From an uncultured Gammaproteobacteria bacterium (lineage in GTDB: Bacteria > Patescibacteriota > Patescibacteriia > UBA9934 > GWF2-40-263), in contig CAYOCD010000001.1 in NCBI GenBank assembly GCA_964402425.1, positions 82,934 to 146,933 on the forward strand: a stretch of 64,000 nucleotides of DNA, written 5' to 3'. Position numbers and translations under genes: made by a program. This document shows positions 28,698 through 37,665 of this stretch, piece by piece; position 1 is the stretch's first letter; each line of letters opens with the position of its first letter. The notes under the pieces were generated by a model. That model was not told where the DNA came from and ran no database searches. It saw nothing but the letters and a program-made list of their open reading frames with translations.

Positions 28698-29088
28698 TGG
28701 TGGAATTGGGGGGAATTGAACCCCCGTCTGATAAGTGTTTTTGAACGGACGTTTGCAAGTTGAGTCTCGCTTGAATAATCCTATGTATTTGAAGCGAGAC
28801 GAAACACACATAAGATCATCGATCGCAATTTTGACACGCAGGAGACCGAACACCCTACGTGCGAGCTCAATAAATATAGCACCCGCATTTCCTTATTGAG
28901 CATCAGGAAGACGGATGGGTTTTACGCAATTAAGCGAAAACCGGAGCGAATGCAGGTGCGCGGAAAGCGTCCTTGATCATCGCCATGACGTTTTTTGCAT
29001 TTGGCGTCTGTGTGATGGATTTATGAGGTATCACACACCCTCAACTTGATCACGAACAAATCGACTCTCATCGATACCGATCAATCCC
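28698..29088 (-). ncRNA. ssrA: tmRNA (ssrA). 5' GGGAUUGAUCGGUAUCGAUG..., 3' ...GGGGGUUCAAUUCCCCCCAAUUCCACCA. The acceptor stem has a G3:U70 pair. Putative tag ORF ends ...AFRAPAFAPVFA-stop (TAA).
   Basis: T-arm and ACCA-3' seen at 28698-28730. Complementary 5' strand found at 29082-29088. UAUCGAUG (UUCGAC-like) element present. smpB lies 1.3 kb away. Tag boundaries uncertain. Confidence 0.55.
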
Positions 29089-29239
29089 GTTTTATCCTTA
29101 AGAACAAGAGCAAAACGTGACAGATCGATGACAGAAGGATAGTGCAAAAAATCAATTTTGTCCAGTCATCATTGACAAAAACCATTTTTCCGGATATCTT
29201 GAGACGTTTCTTGGCTGCAAACAACAGGAGGTCCTGCTA

Positions 29240-30340
29240 ATGAAACATGTGCCTTTCTTGACGACTCTTTTCACGATCATTGTTTTTTCGATGCTCATCT
29301 CGAACCTGGCTTTCGCAGAACTTCCGCCGCACATGAGCGGAATGTGCATGTTCACGTTCAAGTCGAGCGTGTCGGCTGCAGAAAGCCCGCAAGCGGCGCG
29401 CATATATCTGCAGCTGATAAAAAACAAGGGCTACCCTTGTGTGATCATCAAGAGCCACGACGGCGACAACTGGGGTACAAAGGTGAACGGCAAATTTGTG
29501 CCGGCATTTTCAAAGCACCTGGTTGACGCGGGGCATGAGCTCAACATGCGCGTGTACAGCTACTTCACTGCTCGACTGAATCACGACTCCGTGATCGAAG
29601 AATCCGTCATTCTCGCCGAACGCACACTCAACATGGGTGCCGACGGCGTTGTCATTGACGATCTTGCACTCGAACGCACGGGAGTCGATCCAACAAAGTG
29701 GAGAAAGGTTTTTCCTCTGCTTCGTGCAATGACAGACAGACACAAGGGAACCATCTTGGCTTCGTCTACACACCCACACCAATCGGCAAACGGAAGGTTC
29801 CCGACACTCTGGGGTATTGCCTTCGAGCACTCGGACTTTTTCCTTCCCCAAGCCTACTGGATGGAATTTCTTGCCTACAAAGATGGTAAGGCTGTGAAGA
29901 TGACACCTCAGGATGCACTCGCCTATGCACAGGCGCAATTCGATATTGTGAAGACACGTTTTCCGAACGCGAGAAACTGCAAGCTTATCCCCATCGGCAG
30001 AACGTATGGAAAGAACGTGACGGCCGAACAGGTCAAAACGTTCATCCAAACGGCCATGCCCTTCTACAAAGGCGCCGGTCTGTTTGTGATTGAACAGGAA
30101 CCGCCAAAGGGTGGATGGAACGCAATCAAAGATGCGGTAACGGCATTCAATAAGCCGGGCCGAACGGTAAAATCCATTTCGCCGTACGACCAAGTCAACG
30201 ATCCTTCTGAAACGGAAATTGTCGACTCTTCCCCCACTCCCAAGAAACCCGCAACGGAAAAAATGGGTGGAACCAAAAAAATCGATCAGCCGATTCGGAA
30301 ACAACCCGACTCGTCCTCTCGATGTGGAGCCTGTCCCTAA
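29240..30340 (+). CDS. Secreted protein with possible TIM-barrel hydrolase-like core (MGADGVVIDDL motif), Pro/Lys-rich linker and C-terminal SRCGACP motif.
   Basis: Signal peptide MKHVPFLTTLFTIIVFSMLISNLAFA. Higher G+C than flanks. Terminal residues ...DSSSRCGACP-stop. Confidence 0.55.
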   Translation: MKHVPFLTTLFTIIVFSMLISNLAFAELPPHMSGMCMFTFKSSVSAAESPQAARIYLQLIKNKGYPCVIIKSHDGDNWGTKVNGKFVPAFSKHLVDAGHELNMRVYSYFTARLNHDSVIEESVILAERTLNMGADGVVIDDLALERTGVDPTKWRKVFPLLRAMTDRHKGTILASSTHPHQSANGRFPTLWGIAFEHSDFFLPQAYWMEFLAYKDGKAVKMTPQDALAYAQAQFDIVKTRFPNARNCKLIPIGRTYGKNVTAEQVKTFIQTAMPFYKGAGLFVIEQEPPKGGWNAIKDAVTAFNKPGRTVKSISPYDQVNDPSETEIVDSSPTPKKPATEKMGGTKKIDQPIRKQPDSSSRCGACP

Positions 30341-30393
30341 TCTTAGCACCCTTCGACTTCGCTCAGGGTGCTTTTTCTTTTTCTCCAAAAAAA

Positions 30394-30834
30394 TTATTGA
30401 CGCAAATGTTCTTTCATCTGACGATCAACATCGCGCTTCTTAATCGCTTCTCGCTTTTCATATTTCTTTTTTCCCTTTGCAACCGCAAACACAAGCTTTA
30501 CCAAATTTCCTTTTGTGTAGATACGAAGCGGAACAAGTGTTAATCCTTCTGTCTGTTTTTTCCCCATCAGTCGTTTGAGCTCACGCTTGTGAACCAAGAC
30601 TTTTCGGTCTCGATCTGACTGAACCTCTTGATTCCCTGCTGGCTTATATGGACTGATGAATACATTCTTAAGCCAGAGTTCGCCGTTATGAATATGAAGA
30701 AAGGCTCCCTTTAACTGGACATGCCCGGCTTTTGCCGACTTCACTTCCCAACCCTGCAACACCAAACCTGCTTCAAATTCTTCTTGAAGATCAAAGTCAA
30801 AACCAGCTTTTTTGTTCGTGGCGAGGCTCGGCAT
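30394..30834 (-). CDS. smpB: SsrA-binding protein SmpB. Likely start MPSLATNKKA at 30834; the listed ORF extends 20 codons upstream.
   Basis: LATNKKAGFDFDL...EAGLVLQGWEVKS...GAFLHIHNGELWL...RDRKVLVHKRELKRL...LTLVPLRIYTKGNLVKLVFAVAKGKKKYEKRE is a textbook SmpB pattern. Confidence 0.8.
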   Translation of the reverse strand: MPSLATNKKAGFDFDLQEEFEAGLVLQGWEVKSAKAGHVQLKGAFLHIHNGELWLKNVFISPYKPAGNQEVQSDRDRKVLVHKRELKRLMGKKQTEGLTLVPLRIYTKGNLVKLVFAVAKGKKKYEKREAIKKRDVDRQMKEHLRQ

Positions 30835-30909
30835 ACCAGCAGAGTATAACGAAACGCTTGATATTTTGAAAGTTCTTTTGTATAGTAGCGACAACTTATT
30901 CTATCAATT

Positions 30910-30958
30910 CGGCCTTTTAAGCCTCTCCGGCCTCTCTCGCCTCTCAAGCCTTTCCCCA
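30910..30958. repeat. Solo arm (pyrimidine-rich strand CTCTCGCCTCTCAAGCC) of the GA-rich palindromic element family, in the smpB/infC divergent region.
   Basis: cggccttttaagcctctccggcctctctcgcctctcaagcctttcccc. Responsible for the spurious N-terminal extension of the infC ORF. Confidence 0.6.
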
Positions 30959-30961
30959 CCT

Positions 30962-31513
30962 ATGCGCATCCACCGCCACCGTGCCCGCCAATCCAACCTT
31001 CATGTCCAAAAATTTCGGATGAATGAAAAAATCACCGCACCGGAAGTGCGTGTTGTTGATGATGAAGGAAAACCACTCGGAATCCTGAAAACAGAGGATG
31101 CAATCGTAATTGCAAGAACAAAAGAACTTGATTTGGTTGAGGTTTCCCCTAAAGCAGAACCTCCTGTTTGTAAAATTCTTGATTACGGGGCATTTAAATA
31201 TCAAAAAGAAAAAGAAGCCCGAAAACAAAAAGCTCAATCAAAAGAAGTAGACACAAAAGGCATTCGTCTCACCTTCCGCATTGGAGCTCACGACTTTGAC
31301 GTTAGATTAGCTCAAGCGGGAAAATTTCTTGACCGAGGCGATAAAGTAAACGTAGAACTTCCATTACGAGGTCGTGAAAAAGCCCACAAAGACGTCGCGG
31401 AAGCGGTCATTACACGTTTTGTCGAAAGCTTAAAAGCCAAATACAACCTTCGTATTGAACAGGCGGTCACCTATCAAGGTGGAAAACTTACGGCTATCGT
31501 AACAAAAGCCTAA
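30962..31513 (+). CDS. infC: Translation initiation factor IF-3. Start uncertain: ATG at 30962 or ATG at 31019 (MNEKITAPEVRVV). IF-3 genes often use unusual start codons.
   Basis: INEKITAPEVRVVDDEGKPLGIL...ARTKELDLVEVSPKAEPPVCKILDYGAFKYQ...RLTFRIGAHDFDVRLAQAGKFL. Followed by rpmI-rplT, a conserved operon. Confidence 0.75.
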   Translation: MRIHRHRARQSNLHVQKFRMNEKITAPEVRVVDDEGKPLGILKTEDAIVIARTKELDLVEVSPKAEPPVCKILDYGAFKYQKEKEARKQKAQSKEVDTKGIRLTFRIGAHDFDVRLAQAGKFLDRGDKVNVELPLRGREKAHKDVAEAVITRFVESLKAKYNLRIEQAVTYQGGKLTAIVTKA

Positions 31514-31545
31514 TTTTTTCCTCACTTTTTTACTAACACCCCATC

Positions 31546-31574
31546 TTGACGCTTTTCACTCCTTCTTATATACT
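31546..31574 (+). promoter_or_regulatory. Internal sigma-70-like promoter: TTGACG, 17-nt spacer, TATACT. Lies upstream of rpmI.
   Basis: cttgacgcttttcactccttcttatatact, then GGAG and ATG at 31590. Confidence 0.35.
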
Positions 31575-31589
31575 TCCGGAGACTTTCCT

Positions 31590-31787
31590 ATGAAAACGAA
31601 AACACACCAGGCGACTGCAAAGCGCCTCAAAGTAACAAAAACAGGAAAAGTGATAAAGCGCTATGCAGGGCAGGATCATTTTAATAGCCGAGATCCAGGC
31701 AAAATCACCCGCAAAAAACGCCGAGACACTTCCCTTTCTGAGTCTTACACAAAGACCGTTAAGATGTTAATCCAGAAACAGGGATAA
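31590..31787 (+). CDS. rpmI: 50S ribosomal protein L35.
   Basis: MKTKTHQATAKRLKVTKTGKVIKRYAG, basic, 65 aa. Positioned between infC and rplT. Confidence 0.75.
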   Translation: MKTKTHQATAKRLKVTKTGKVIKRYAGQDHFNSRDPGKITRKKRRDTSLSESYTKTVKMLIQKQG

Positions 31788-31813
31788 TTACAGAACGGGA
31801 ATACTAAAATCAT

Positions 31814-32158
31814 ATGCCTCGAGTAAAACGTGGAACCCAGCATGTTAAGCGCCGCAAAAACTTGCTGAAAAAAGTAAAAGGAATGATGTGGAAGCGCAAA
31901 TCAAGCATCAAGCTTGCGCGCCCTGCTTTTTTGAAGGCGGGTGTAAATGCCTATCGCGATCGCCGCAATAAGAAACGTGCGTTTCGTCGCCTTTTCCAAG
32001 TTCGCATCAATGCTGGAGTTCGACCGTTCGATCTCAGCTACAGCAAATTCATGGATATGGCAAAAAAGGCAAACATTGCATTGGATCGCAAAATCCTTTC
32101 AACTCTTGCAAAAGACCACCCATCCGTATTTGCAAAGATTGTAGAAAAAGTGAAATAG
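31814..32158 (+). CDS. rplT: 50S ribosomal protein L20.
   Basis: MPRVKRGTQHVKRRKNLLKKVKG...YRDRRNKKRAFRRLFQVRINAGVR...LSYSKFMDMAKKANIALDRKILS. Confidence 0.85.
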   Translation: MPRVKRGTQHVKRRKNLLKKVKGMMWKRKSSIKLARPAFLKAGVNAYRDRRNKKRAFRRLFQVRINAGVRPFDLSYSKFMDMAKKANIALDRKILSTLAKDHPSVFAKIVEKVK

Positions 32159-32208
32159 CGCACCACTATTTCATCCTGAGTGCAACGAAGGATCCCTTCA
32201 AAAAAAGA

Positions 32209-32236
32209 ATCACCTAGAAACAGGTGGTTTTTTGTT
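32209..32236 (+). terminator. Rho-independent terminator after rplT (stem CACCT/AGGTG, T-run).
   Basis: aatcacctagaaacaggtggttttttg. Confidence 0.4.
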
Positions 32237-32365
32237 TTCACAATATCTCATGCACAAACAACACATCTTGACCTTTCCTCTTTTCCATGTTAGTTTTACG
32301 TGTCCAATCAATACAGGACTTCATGATAATCATGTCATGAATCACACATTTCACATGGAGGTGTC

Positions 32366-33175
32366 ATGCCGCGGACGTTCTTTCTTTCTCCAGACCCAAA
32401 GCCAAACCATCGATTTGAGGCAACCTTTGTCATCGAAGGGACTGATGATGACAAAAAACCTCTAGCGGTTGTTGGAGATGAATACATCATCGCTGCACCG
32501 CCAGGATGTATTCTCTTTGAGACACATTCGCTGAAAATCAAAAATGTAGATGAGAAATCAAACCACCGAGCAGAACTGGTTTTTGTCTCTCGGGAAGGCT
32601 TTACTCAAAGCGGTCAATTCAACCTGGTGTGCTCACTTGCACACGACCCGAGTCTGCGTGAAGAAACACTTGTAAGTGTTGCCACAGCCTTAAAACTCGT
32701 CGCACCGCCACGTGTCATCATCAATATTCCTGACAACGAAACCCCGCCTGCAAAGACGGAAAATCCCATTCCAGCAGCAACTCCCGTTGTTGTCACCCCA
32801 GCTGTCGTCGCTCCAGTTGTTGCGGCGCCTATCGCACCACCAGCTAGATCTTTTCGTAAACAAATCATCACAGCCTTTCTTGTAGGACTGGCATTGTCCA
32901 CAATGGTCGGTACTATTGTGATCAAATTCGATTCTATCTTGAAATCGCTTCCGCCTTTCTCAACCCACGCACGCGTGATTCAAAAGACAGAGCCTGTCGT
33001 CATTCCTGTCGTAACTGAGACTCCACAAGATGCCGTACAGGAACCTGAAGCGCCTGATGTTGTAGCAATACAACCAACACACACCCAGCAAGATACCGCG
33101 GCTCCAGAGCCAGAAGTCGTGATTCCAACCACCCCACCTCCCAATCCAGCTTCAAGATGCGGCGCTTGTCCGTAA
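32366..33175 (+). CDS. Hypothetical bitopic protein: N-terminal 130-aa domain, Pro/Val/Ala-rich segment, one TM helix, Pro-rich tail ending in SRCGACP.
   Basis: Strong SD GGAGGT 7 nt upstream. TM IITAFLVGLALSTMVGTIVI. Terminal ...PPPNPASRCGACP-stop. Confidence 0.5.
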   Translation: MPRTFFLSPDPKPNHRFEATFVIEGTDDDKKPLAVVGDEYIIAAPPGCILFETHSLKIKNVDEKSNHRAELVFVSREGFTQSGQFNLVCSLAHDPSLREETLVSVATALKLVAPPRVIINIPDNETPPAKTENPIPAATPVVVTPAVVAPVVAAPIAPPARSFRKQIITAFLVGLALSTMVGTIVIKFDSILKSLPPFSTHARVIQKTEPVVIPVVTETPQDAVQEPEAPDVVAIQPTHTQQDTAAPEPEVVIPTTPPPNPASRCGACP

Positions 33176-33275
33176 CAGATAAACTCCTCCTTGCACCAAT
33201 CGATCCGATTTGGTGCTTTTTATTTCAGGATGGTTTATTGCCAAAACCCCTCAGATCGACTATCCTCACTCACAT

Positions 33276-34064
33276 ATGTCCGAACCTGTCCGCATCAACA
33301 AATATCTCGCAGATCATCATTATTGCTCACGTCGTGAAGCAGATCGATTAATTGCCTCTGGCAATGTTTTTTTGAACAATCGACCCGCTAAACTTGGGGA
33401 CAAGGTTGGTGATTCTGATACGGTTCGTGTAAACGGACGCGATCGAGGACAAAAGAGCACGAGTCGTGTTTACCTCATGATGAACAAACCTGCTGGAATT
33501 TCTTTACAGAAAAAAACAGAACACACTGTTTACGATCTGATTGATCTGCAACAAGCGTTTTTTCCGGTTGGAGAAATGAGTATGCGCGATGAAGGTCTAT
33601 TGATTTTGACAAACGATTCTTTTTTTTCAAAACGCTTATCTCTCCCAAAATATACACTTGATCAAGAATTTGTTGTCGAGGTCAACAAACCCATTTCACG
33701 TGGAGATATTGTAAAATTACAAAACGGTATCCAGCTTAAAGACGGCATGACAAAACCTGTTAAAGCCCGTCAACTCGACTCACATCGTTTTGCCATCATT
33801 CCCTCAGAGACGAAGCAGGATCTCATTCGTCGGATGTGTGCAGAACTCGGCTATGAAGTGGAAACACTCATGCGCACAAGAATTCTCACCCTTAAGATGA
33901 TTTCAACATACCCCGTTGGAAACTGGCGCAACCTGACAGAATCAGAAGTTGAGGATTTAAAAAAAGCCGCAGGGATTACATTGACCCAAAAAGCCCCAAA
34001 GCAAAAACCTTGGACCGAAAACAAAAAAAAGAAACTGGCGCGAGAGCGTAAATCCCCTCGATAA
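33276..34064 (+). CDS. S4-domain pseudouridine synthase of the RsuA/RluB family with a divergent catalytic motif. Likely start MSEPVRINKYL at 33276.
   Basis: S4-like N-terminus (RINKYLADHHYCSRREADRLIASGNVFLN). GLLILTNDS matches the family, but the expected GRLDxDSEG reads GEMSMRDEG. Confidence 0.55.
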   Translation: MSEPVRINKYLADHHYCSRREADRLIASGNVFLNNRPAKLGDKVGDSDTVRVNGRDRGQKSTSRVYLMMNKPAGISLQKKTEHTVYDLIDLQQAFFPVGEMSMRDEGLLILTNDSFFSKRLSLPKYTLDQEFVVEVNKPISRGDIVKLQNGIQLKDGMTKPVKARQLDSHRFAIIPSETKQDLIRRMCAELGYEVETLMRTRILTLKMISTYPVGNWRNLTESEVEDLKKAAGITLTQKAPKQKPWTENKKKKLARERKSPR

Positions 34065-34166
34065 ATCCCTGAATTATCCAAGTTTTTCTCGAGGGTTCTT
34101 GCTCTTGCATAAGATCAACCCCCATGCTATTATTTCGTCACATTTCGGAACAAATCTGTGGCTGTT

Positions 34167-34244
34167 GGACTGGTGGTGTAGCCCGGTTAACACGTCTCCC
34201 TGTCACGGAGAAGATCGCGGGTTCGAATCCCGTCCGGTCCGCCA
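34167..34244 (+). tRNA. tRNA-Asp (anticodon GTC), CCA encoded.
   Basis: GGACTGGTGGTGTAGCCCGGTTAACACGTCTCCCTGTCACGGAGAAGATCGCGGGTTCGAATCCCGTCCGGTCCGCCA. The 7-bp acceptor stem closes. Anticodon loop CTGTCAC. T-loop GGTTCGAATCC. Confidence 0.85.
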
Positions 34245-34261
34245 GCCAAAGATTTGTTCAA

Positions 34262-34290
34262 AAAAACCTCAGGTCAACCTGAGGTTTTTT
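34262..34290 (+). terminator. Rho-independent terminator after tRNA-Asp (stem CCTCAGG/CCTGAGG, TTTTTT).
   Basis: aaaaaacctcaggtcaacctgaggtttttt. Confidence 0.55.
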
Positions 34291-34324
34291 GTTCGATAAA
34301 AAAACCGCCCGTATATAGAGGCGA

Positions 34325-34858
34325 TTAGGGAACATAGAGTCTTTTATCGAGCAACTGACTTCGACACTCAAGTTCAGTTATGACAGTTGCATCCTTGCAA
34401 AGTTCCACAAACCATTGATCTTCGTTTGGTGTTTTTCGATCAGCTTTTTCTGTATCATCGAAAATAAGTACCCGACAAGGCACGCCTTTGTACGCCCCAT
34501 GATCAAACAAGATTCGCGTAAGCGCGTCATGCGGCGCATTCACAAAAACAAACAGACGATCTGGCGAATACCCTTGAATGAGCGCCGCCTGATTATCGAT
34601 TGCAGATTTGAAGGAATAACAACCACCATGCACAAACTCAACAAGCACAGTTGCGCGCCCCATAGGCTTACAATCCTTTGGAGAACGCGCATCGCACTCT
34701 CGTTTCAGCCAGTCGTTCAGGGCACGATTCTCCCACGTCGGCTTACACTTCACAACAGGAGGAAGCGGCTCTATAGGAGGTTGAGATGTACAAGCGATCA
34801 AACTGAGCAAGAACAATAAAGCACAAACAGCACGCATGGATTTATCTCCCTTTTTCAT
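34325..34858 (-). CDS. Lipoprotein, hypothetical (lipobox LSLIAC), Cys-rich.
   Basis: MKKGDKSMRAVCALLFLLSLIACTSQPP. Start among M1/M6/M13 uncertain. Confidence 0.45.
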   Translation of the reverse strand: MKKGDKSMRAVCALLFLLSLIACTSQPPIEPLPPVVKCKPTWENRALNDWLKRECDARSPKDCKPMGRATVLVEFVHGGCYSFKSAIDNQAALIQGYSPDRLFVFVNAPHDALTRILFDHGAYKGVPCRVLIFDDTEKADRKTPNEDQWFVELCKDATVITELECRSQLLDKRLYVP

Positions 34859-34988
34859 CAGTCTTATATACACCGCCTTCTTTATGAAGACATGTGATCC
34901 TATTCGATTTTGGGATTTGTGTCAATAACCTTCCGATGATATCAAAACAAAAAAGTGAACACTTCGTGTCCACTTTTTTGTTTTGTCA

Positions 34989-36386
34989 TTACACAACGAT
35001 ATGATCGAATCCTTCTCCATGAGTTCCTCCCATCACGACAGCAAGCTTCATCCTTTTTTTTATCCATTTCCTTTTCTTGAGCTCTGCAAGAGCGAGCTTT
35101 ACAAACGTTTTCTCATTTGCGTTTTTGAGAACAAATGGAATGGCCCCCCATCGAAGAACAGTTTGTTGTTCGAGTCCTTTATTCGGTACAGCCATAAACA
35201 ATGGAATTTCTGGATGTGATCTAAGAACTGTTTCTGACCATGGTGCCAACTCTTGTGAAACAAGAACTCCATCTACTGATTTTTGTATGGCGAGCAATTT
35301 AATCGCATGCGCAACAGAAGCTGGTTGATCTGTTGGTGGCTCAACGGACAATGGAACATGAACAAAGACAGATCCCTCCGCTTCTTTAATAATCTGTGCC
35401 ATCATTTTTACCGCTGCGAGCGGGTACTTTCCTGACGCGGATTCTCCTGAAAGCATAACACCATCTGTGTGATCAAACACCGCGTTCGCCACATCAGAAA
35501 CCTCCGCACGTGTTGGACGAGGATTACGAATCATGGAATCAAGCATTTGCGTTGCAACCACAACAGGCTTCCCTGCTTCACGACATTTTTCAATGATTTC
35601 TTTTTGGCGAATTGGAACTTCTTCTGCTGGAATTTCCACACCAAGATCTCCACGGGCAACCATAACTGCGTCCGTTGCTTTCATGATTTCGTCAAAGCGC
35701 TCAATAGCCTCATGCTTTTCAATCTTAACAATAATGCGAGGAAGGACCTGATTTGGTTTTGCAGCAGCTTTAATAAGCTGTCGAAGCAATTTCACATCCT
35801 CTGCGGATGTTACAAATGAGAGCGCCATCCAATCCACCTCTTGCTCAACACCAAATTTCACATCATCACGATCTTTCTGTGTAAGCGATGAAACTTTGAG
35901 TGTTGAATCTGGGAAATTCATTCCTTTGTGTGAGGTAACCATCCCACCATTTATCATTTTTGCATGAATGTTTTTTCCAACAACTTTTGTGACTTCAGCC
36001 TCAAGGAGACCATCATCAATCAACAATCGATGACCCGCCTTCACATCCTTATGAAGATTCGCATATGTCACAGGAATGATTCCGTCTTTATATGCGCTCG
36101 TTGACGTTGAAAAAACAACGGATGATCCGGTTGGAATCGATACACCCGTTTCCGGCAAAACACCAAGACGAATCTTTGGACCTTGAAGATCTCCAATGAT
36201 TGCGATGGGTTTATTTAATTTCTTTGCTGTTCTACGCACAAGTCGCAAAAGTTTTGCGTGACCTTCATGTGTTCCGTGAGAAAAATTCAATCGAGCAACA
36301 TCCATTCCGGCTTTCATCATGGATGAAAGCATGGATTCTTTGTTAGAAGCAGGGCCAATAGTACAAACGATTTTTGTGCGTTTCAT
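34989..36386 (-). CDS. pyk: Pyruvate kinase.
   Basis: MKRTKIVCTIGPASNKESMLSSMMKAGMDVARLNFSHGTHEGH...IIGDLQGPKIRLG...MVARGDLGVEIP. Confidence 0.85.
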   Translation of the reverse strand: MKRTKIVCTIGPASNKESMLSSMMKAGMDVARLNFSHGTHEGHAKLLRLVRRTAKKLNKPIAIIGDLQGPKIRLGVLPETGVSIPTGSSVVFSTSTSAYKDGIIPVTYANLHKDVKAGHRLLIDDGLLEAEVTKVVGKNIHAKMINGGMVTSHKGMNFPDSTLKVSSLTQKDRDDVKFGVEQEVDWMALSFVTSAEDVKLLRQLIKAAAKPNQVLPRIIVKIEKHEAIERFDEIMKATDAVMVARGDLGVEIPAEEVPIRQKEIIEKCREAGKPVVVATQMLDSMIRNPRPTRAEVSDVANAVFDHTDGVMLSGESASGKYPLAAVKMMAQIIKEAEGSVFVHVPLSVEPPTDQPASVAHAIKLLAIQKSVDGVLVSQELAPWSETVLRSHPEIPLFMAVPNKGLEQQTVLRWGAIPFVLKNANEKTFVKLALAELKKRKWIKKRMKLAVVMGGTHGEGFDHIVV

Positions 36387-36411
36387 AACGTTATGACAAA
36401 TAAAATTCTGA

Positions 36412-37665
36412 TTACTTCTTTTCTTGCTTGGCTTCTCCTAAAACGATCGTTGTATCAAACAACTTACCGTCTCTAATATATTGAACCTTGATTTTATCAC
36501 CTGATCTGTGAGGAGCAATGAGTTCCGCAAGTGCTTTTCCCTGTTCAAACTCCACCCCATCAACAGCAATGATAATGTCATGTTCTTTTAATCCCGCCTC
36601 TTCTGCAGGACTATTTTTGATCACGGCATCTTCTGATGCAGCATTCCCTTTTGCCAGTTTTGCGCCAAAAGTAAATGGAGGTTTGGCATTCTCACCCCTC
36701 ACAAACACATAGCGAACCCCGATCCATGGACGAGCAATATATCCGATTGTTTTAACATCTTCAATTGCACGTTTCACTTGATTGATAGGGATTGCAAATC
36801 CAACAGCTTGACCATCAACGCTCACAGCTGTGTTTATCCCAATCACCTCTCCTAGCAAGTTGATGAGTGGGCCACCTGAATTTCCAGGATTGATGGCCGC
36901 GTCTGTTTGAATCGCTTTTTCAATCACTTCTGAACCACCGATATTAAACCCAGCTGTTACACGGCGATTCATTCCAGAGACAACTCCTTTTGTCACAGTA
37001 TTGCGAAATTCTGAAAGGGTATTTCCAATCGCAATAACCGTTTGTCCAATGCGGATCTTATCCGAGTCTGCAAGTGTTACGATAGGAAATTTTGGAAGTT
37101 GATTTTCTTCTGACGAAGGTTCGACACGCAACAACGCGATATCAAGAAACATATCTGTGTCCACAAGTTTTGCAGGATATTCTTTTCCTTCATTTGTGAC
37201 AATGAAAAACTGTGTCCCTGGTGCGTCTACAACATGACGATTCGTTAAAATCAATCCATCCTGCGTCACAAAAAAACCGGTTCCACTTGAAACATCAACC
37301 ATTTTTAACCCCTCTTCATCTGAAAGCGTTTCATTAAAGAAAAACGCACGAGAGCCATACGGTTGTTGACGAAACGATTTAACAACATCCGCACGCGATT
37401 TTCTGACAATGACACTAACAACAGCTGGTGTTACTTCATCCACAACATGAATCGTTGCGCTTTCTTCTTCTATCAAATTAACAATAGTGCTTGCATTTTT
37501 TGGATCAATATTTGTTCCTACTTTATATTGTGCCACAACGCTTGGATAGACACTTGCGACAATCCACGCACCGAATCCTCCAAAAAAAAGACTTATTCCT
37601 ACACACAACAAAATAAGACGAGAAGTATTCATACAACATGTTTTACTTAGAAAGTTTTTTCCCAA
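36412..37665 (-). CDS. htrA: HtrA/DegP-family serine protease (trypsin fold plus PDZ), catalytic triad intact.
   Basis: GTGFFVTQDGLILTNRHVV (His), DIALLRV (Asp), GNSGGPLINLLGEVIGINTA (Ser), PDZ GSPAEEAGLKEHDIIIAVDG. An N-terminal TM anchor is present; exact start is ambiguous (M1 or M12). Confidence 0.8.
   Translation of the reverse strand: MGKNFLSKTCCMNTSRLILLCVGISLFFGGFGAWIVASVYPSVVAQYKVGTNIDPKNASTIVNLIEEESATIHVVDEVTPAVVSVIVRKSRADVVKSFRQQPYGSRAFFFNETLSDEEGLKMVDVSSGTGFFVTQDGLILTNRHVVDAPGTQFFIVTNEGKEYPAKLVDTDMFLDIALLRVEPSSEENQLPKFPIVTLADSDKIRIGQTVIAIGNTLSEFRNTVTKGVVSGMNRRVTAGFNIGGSEVIEKAIQTDAAINPGNSGGPLINLLGEVIGINTAVSVDGQAVGFAIPINQVKRAIEDVKTIGYIARPWIGVRYVFVRGENAKPPFTFGAKLAKGNAASEDAVIKNSPAEEAGLKEHDIIIAVDGVEFEQGKALAELIAPHRSGDKIKVQYIRDGKLFDTTIVLGEAKQEKK

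Noticed and set aside
30812-31018. N-terminal extension of the infC ORF (MFVARLGIPAEY...LSGLSRLSSLSPP)
   Set aside because: The extension reads through the solo repeat arm G and through sequence antisense to the smpB start. The true start is 30962 or 31019.
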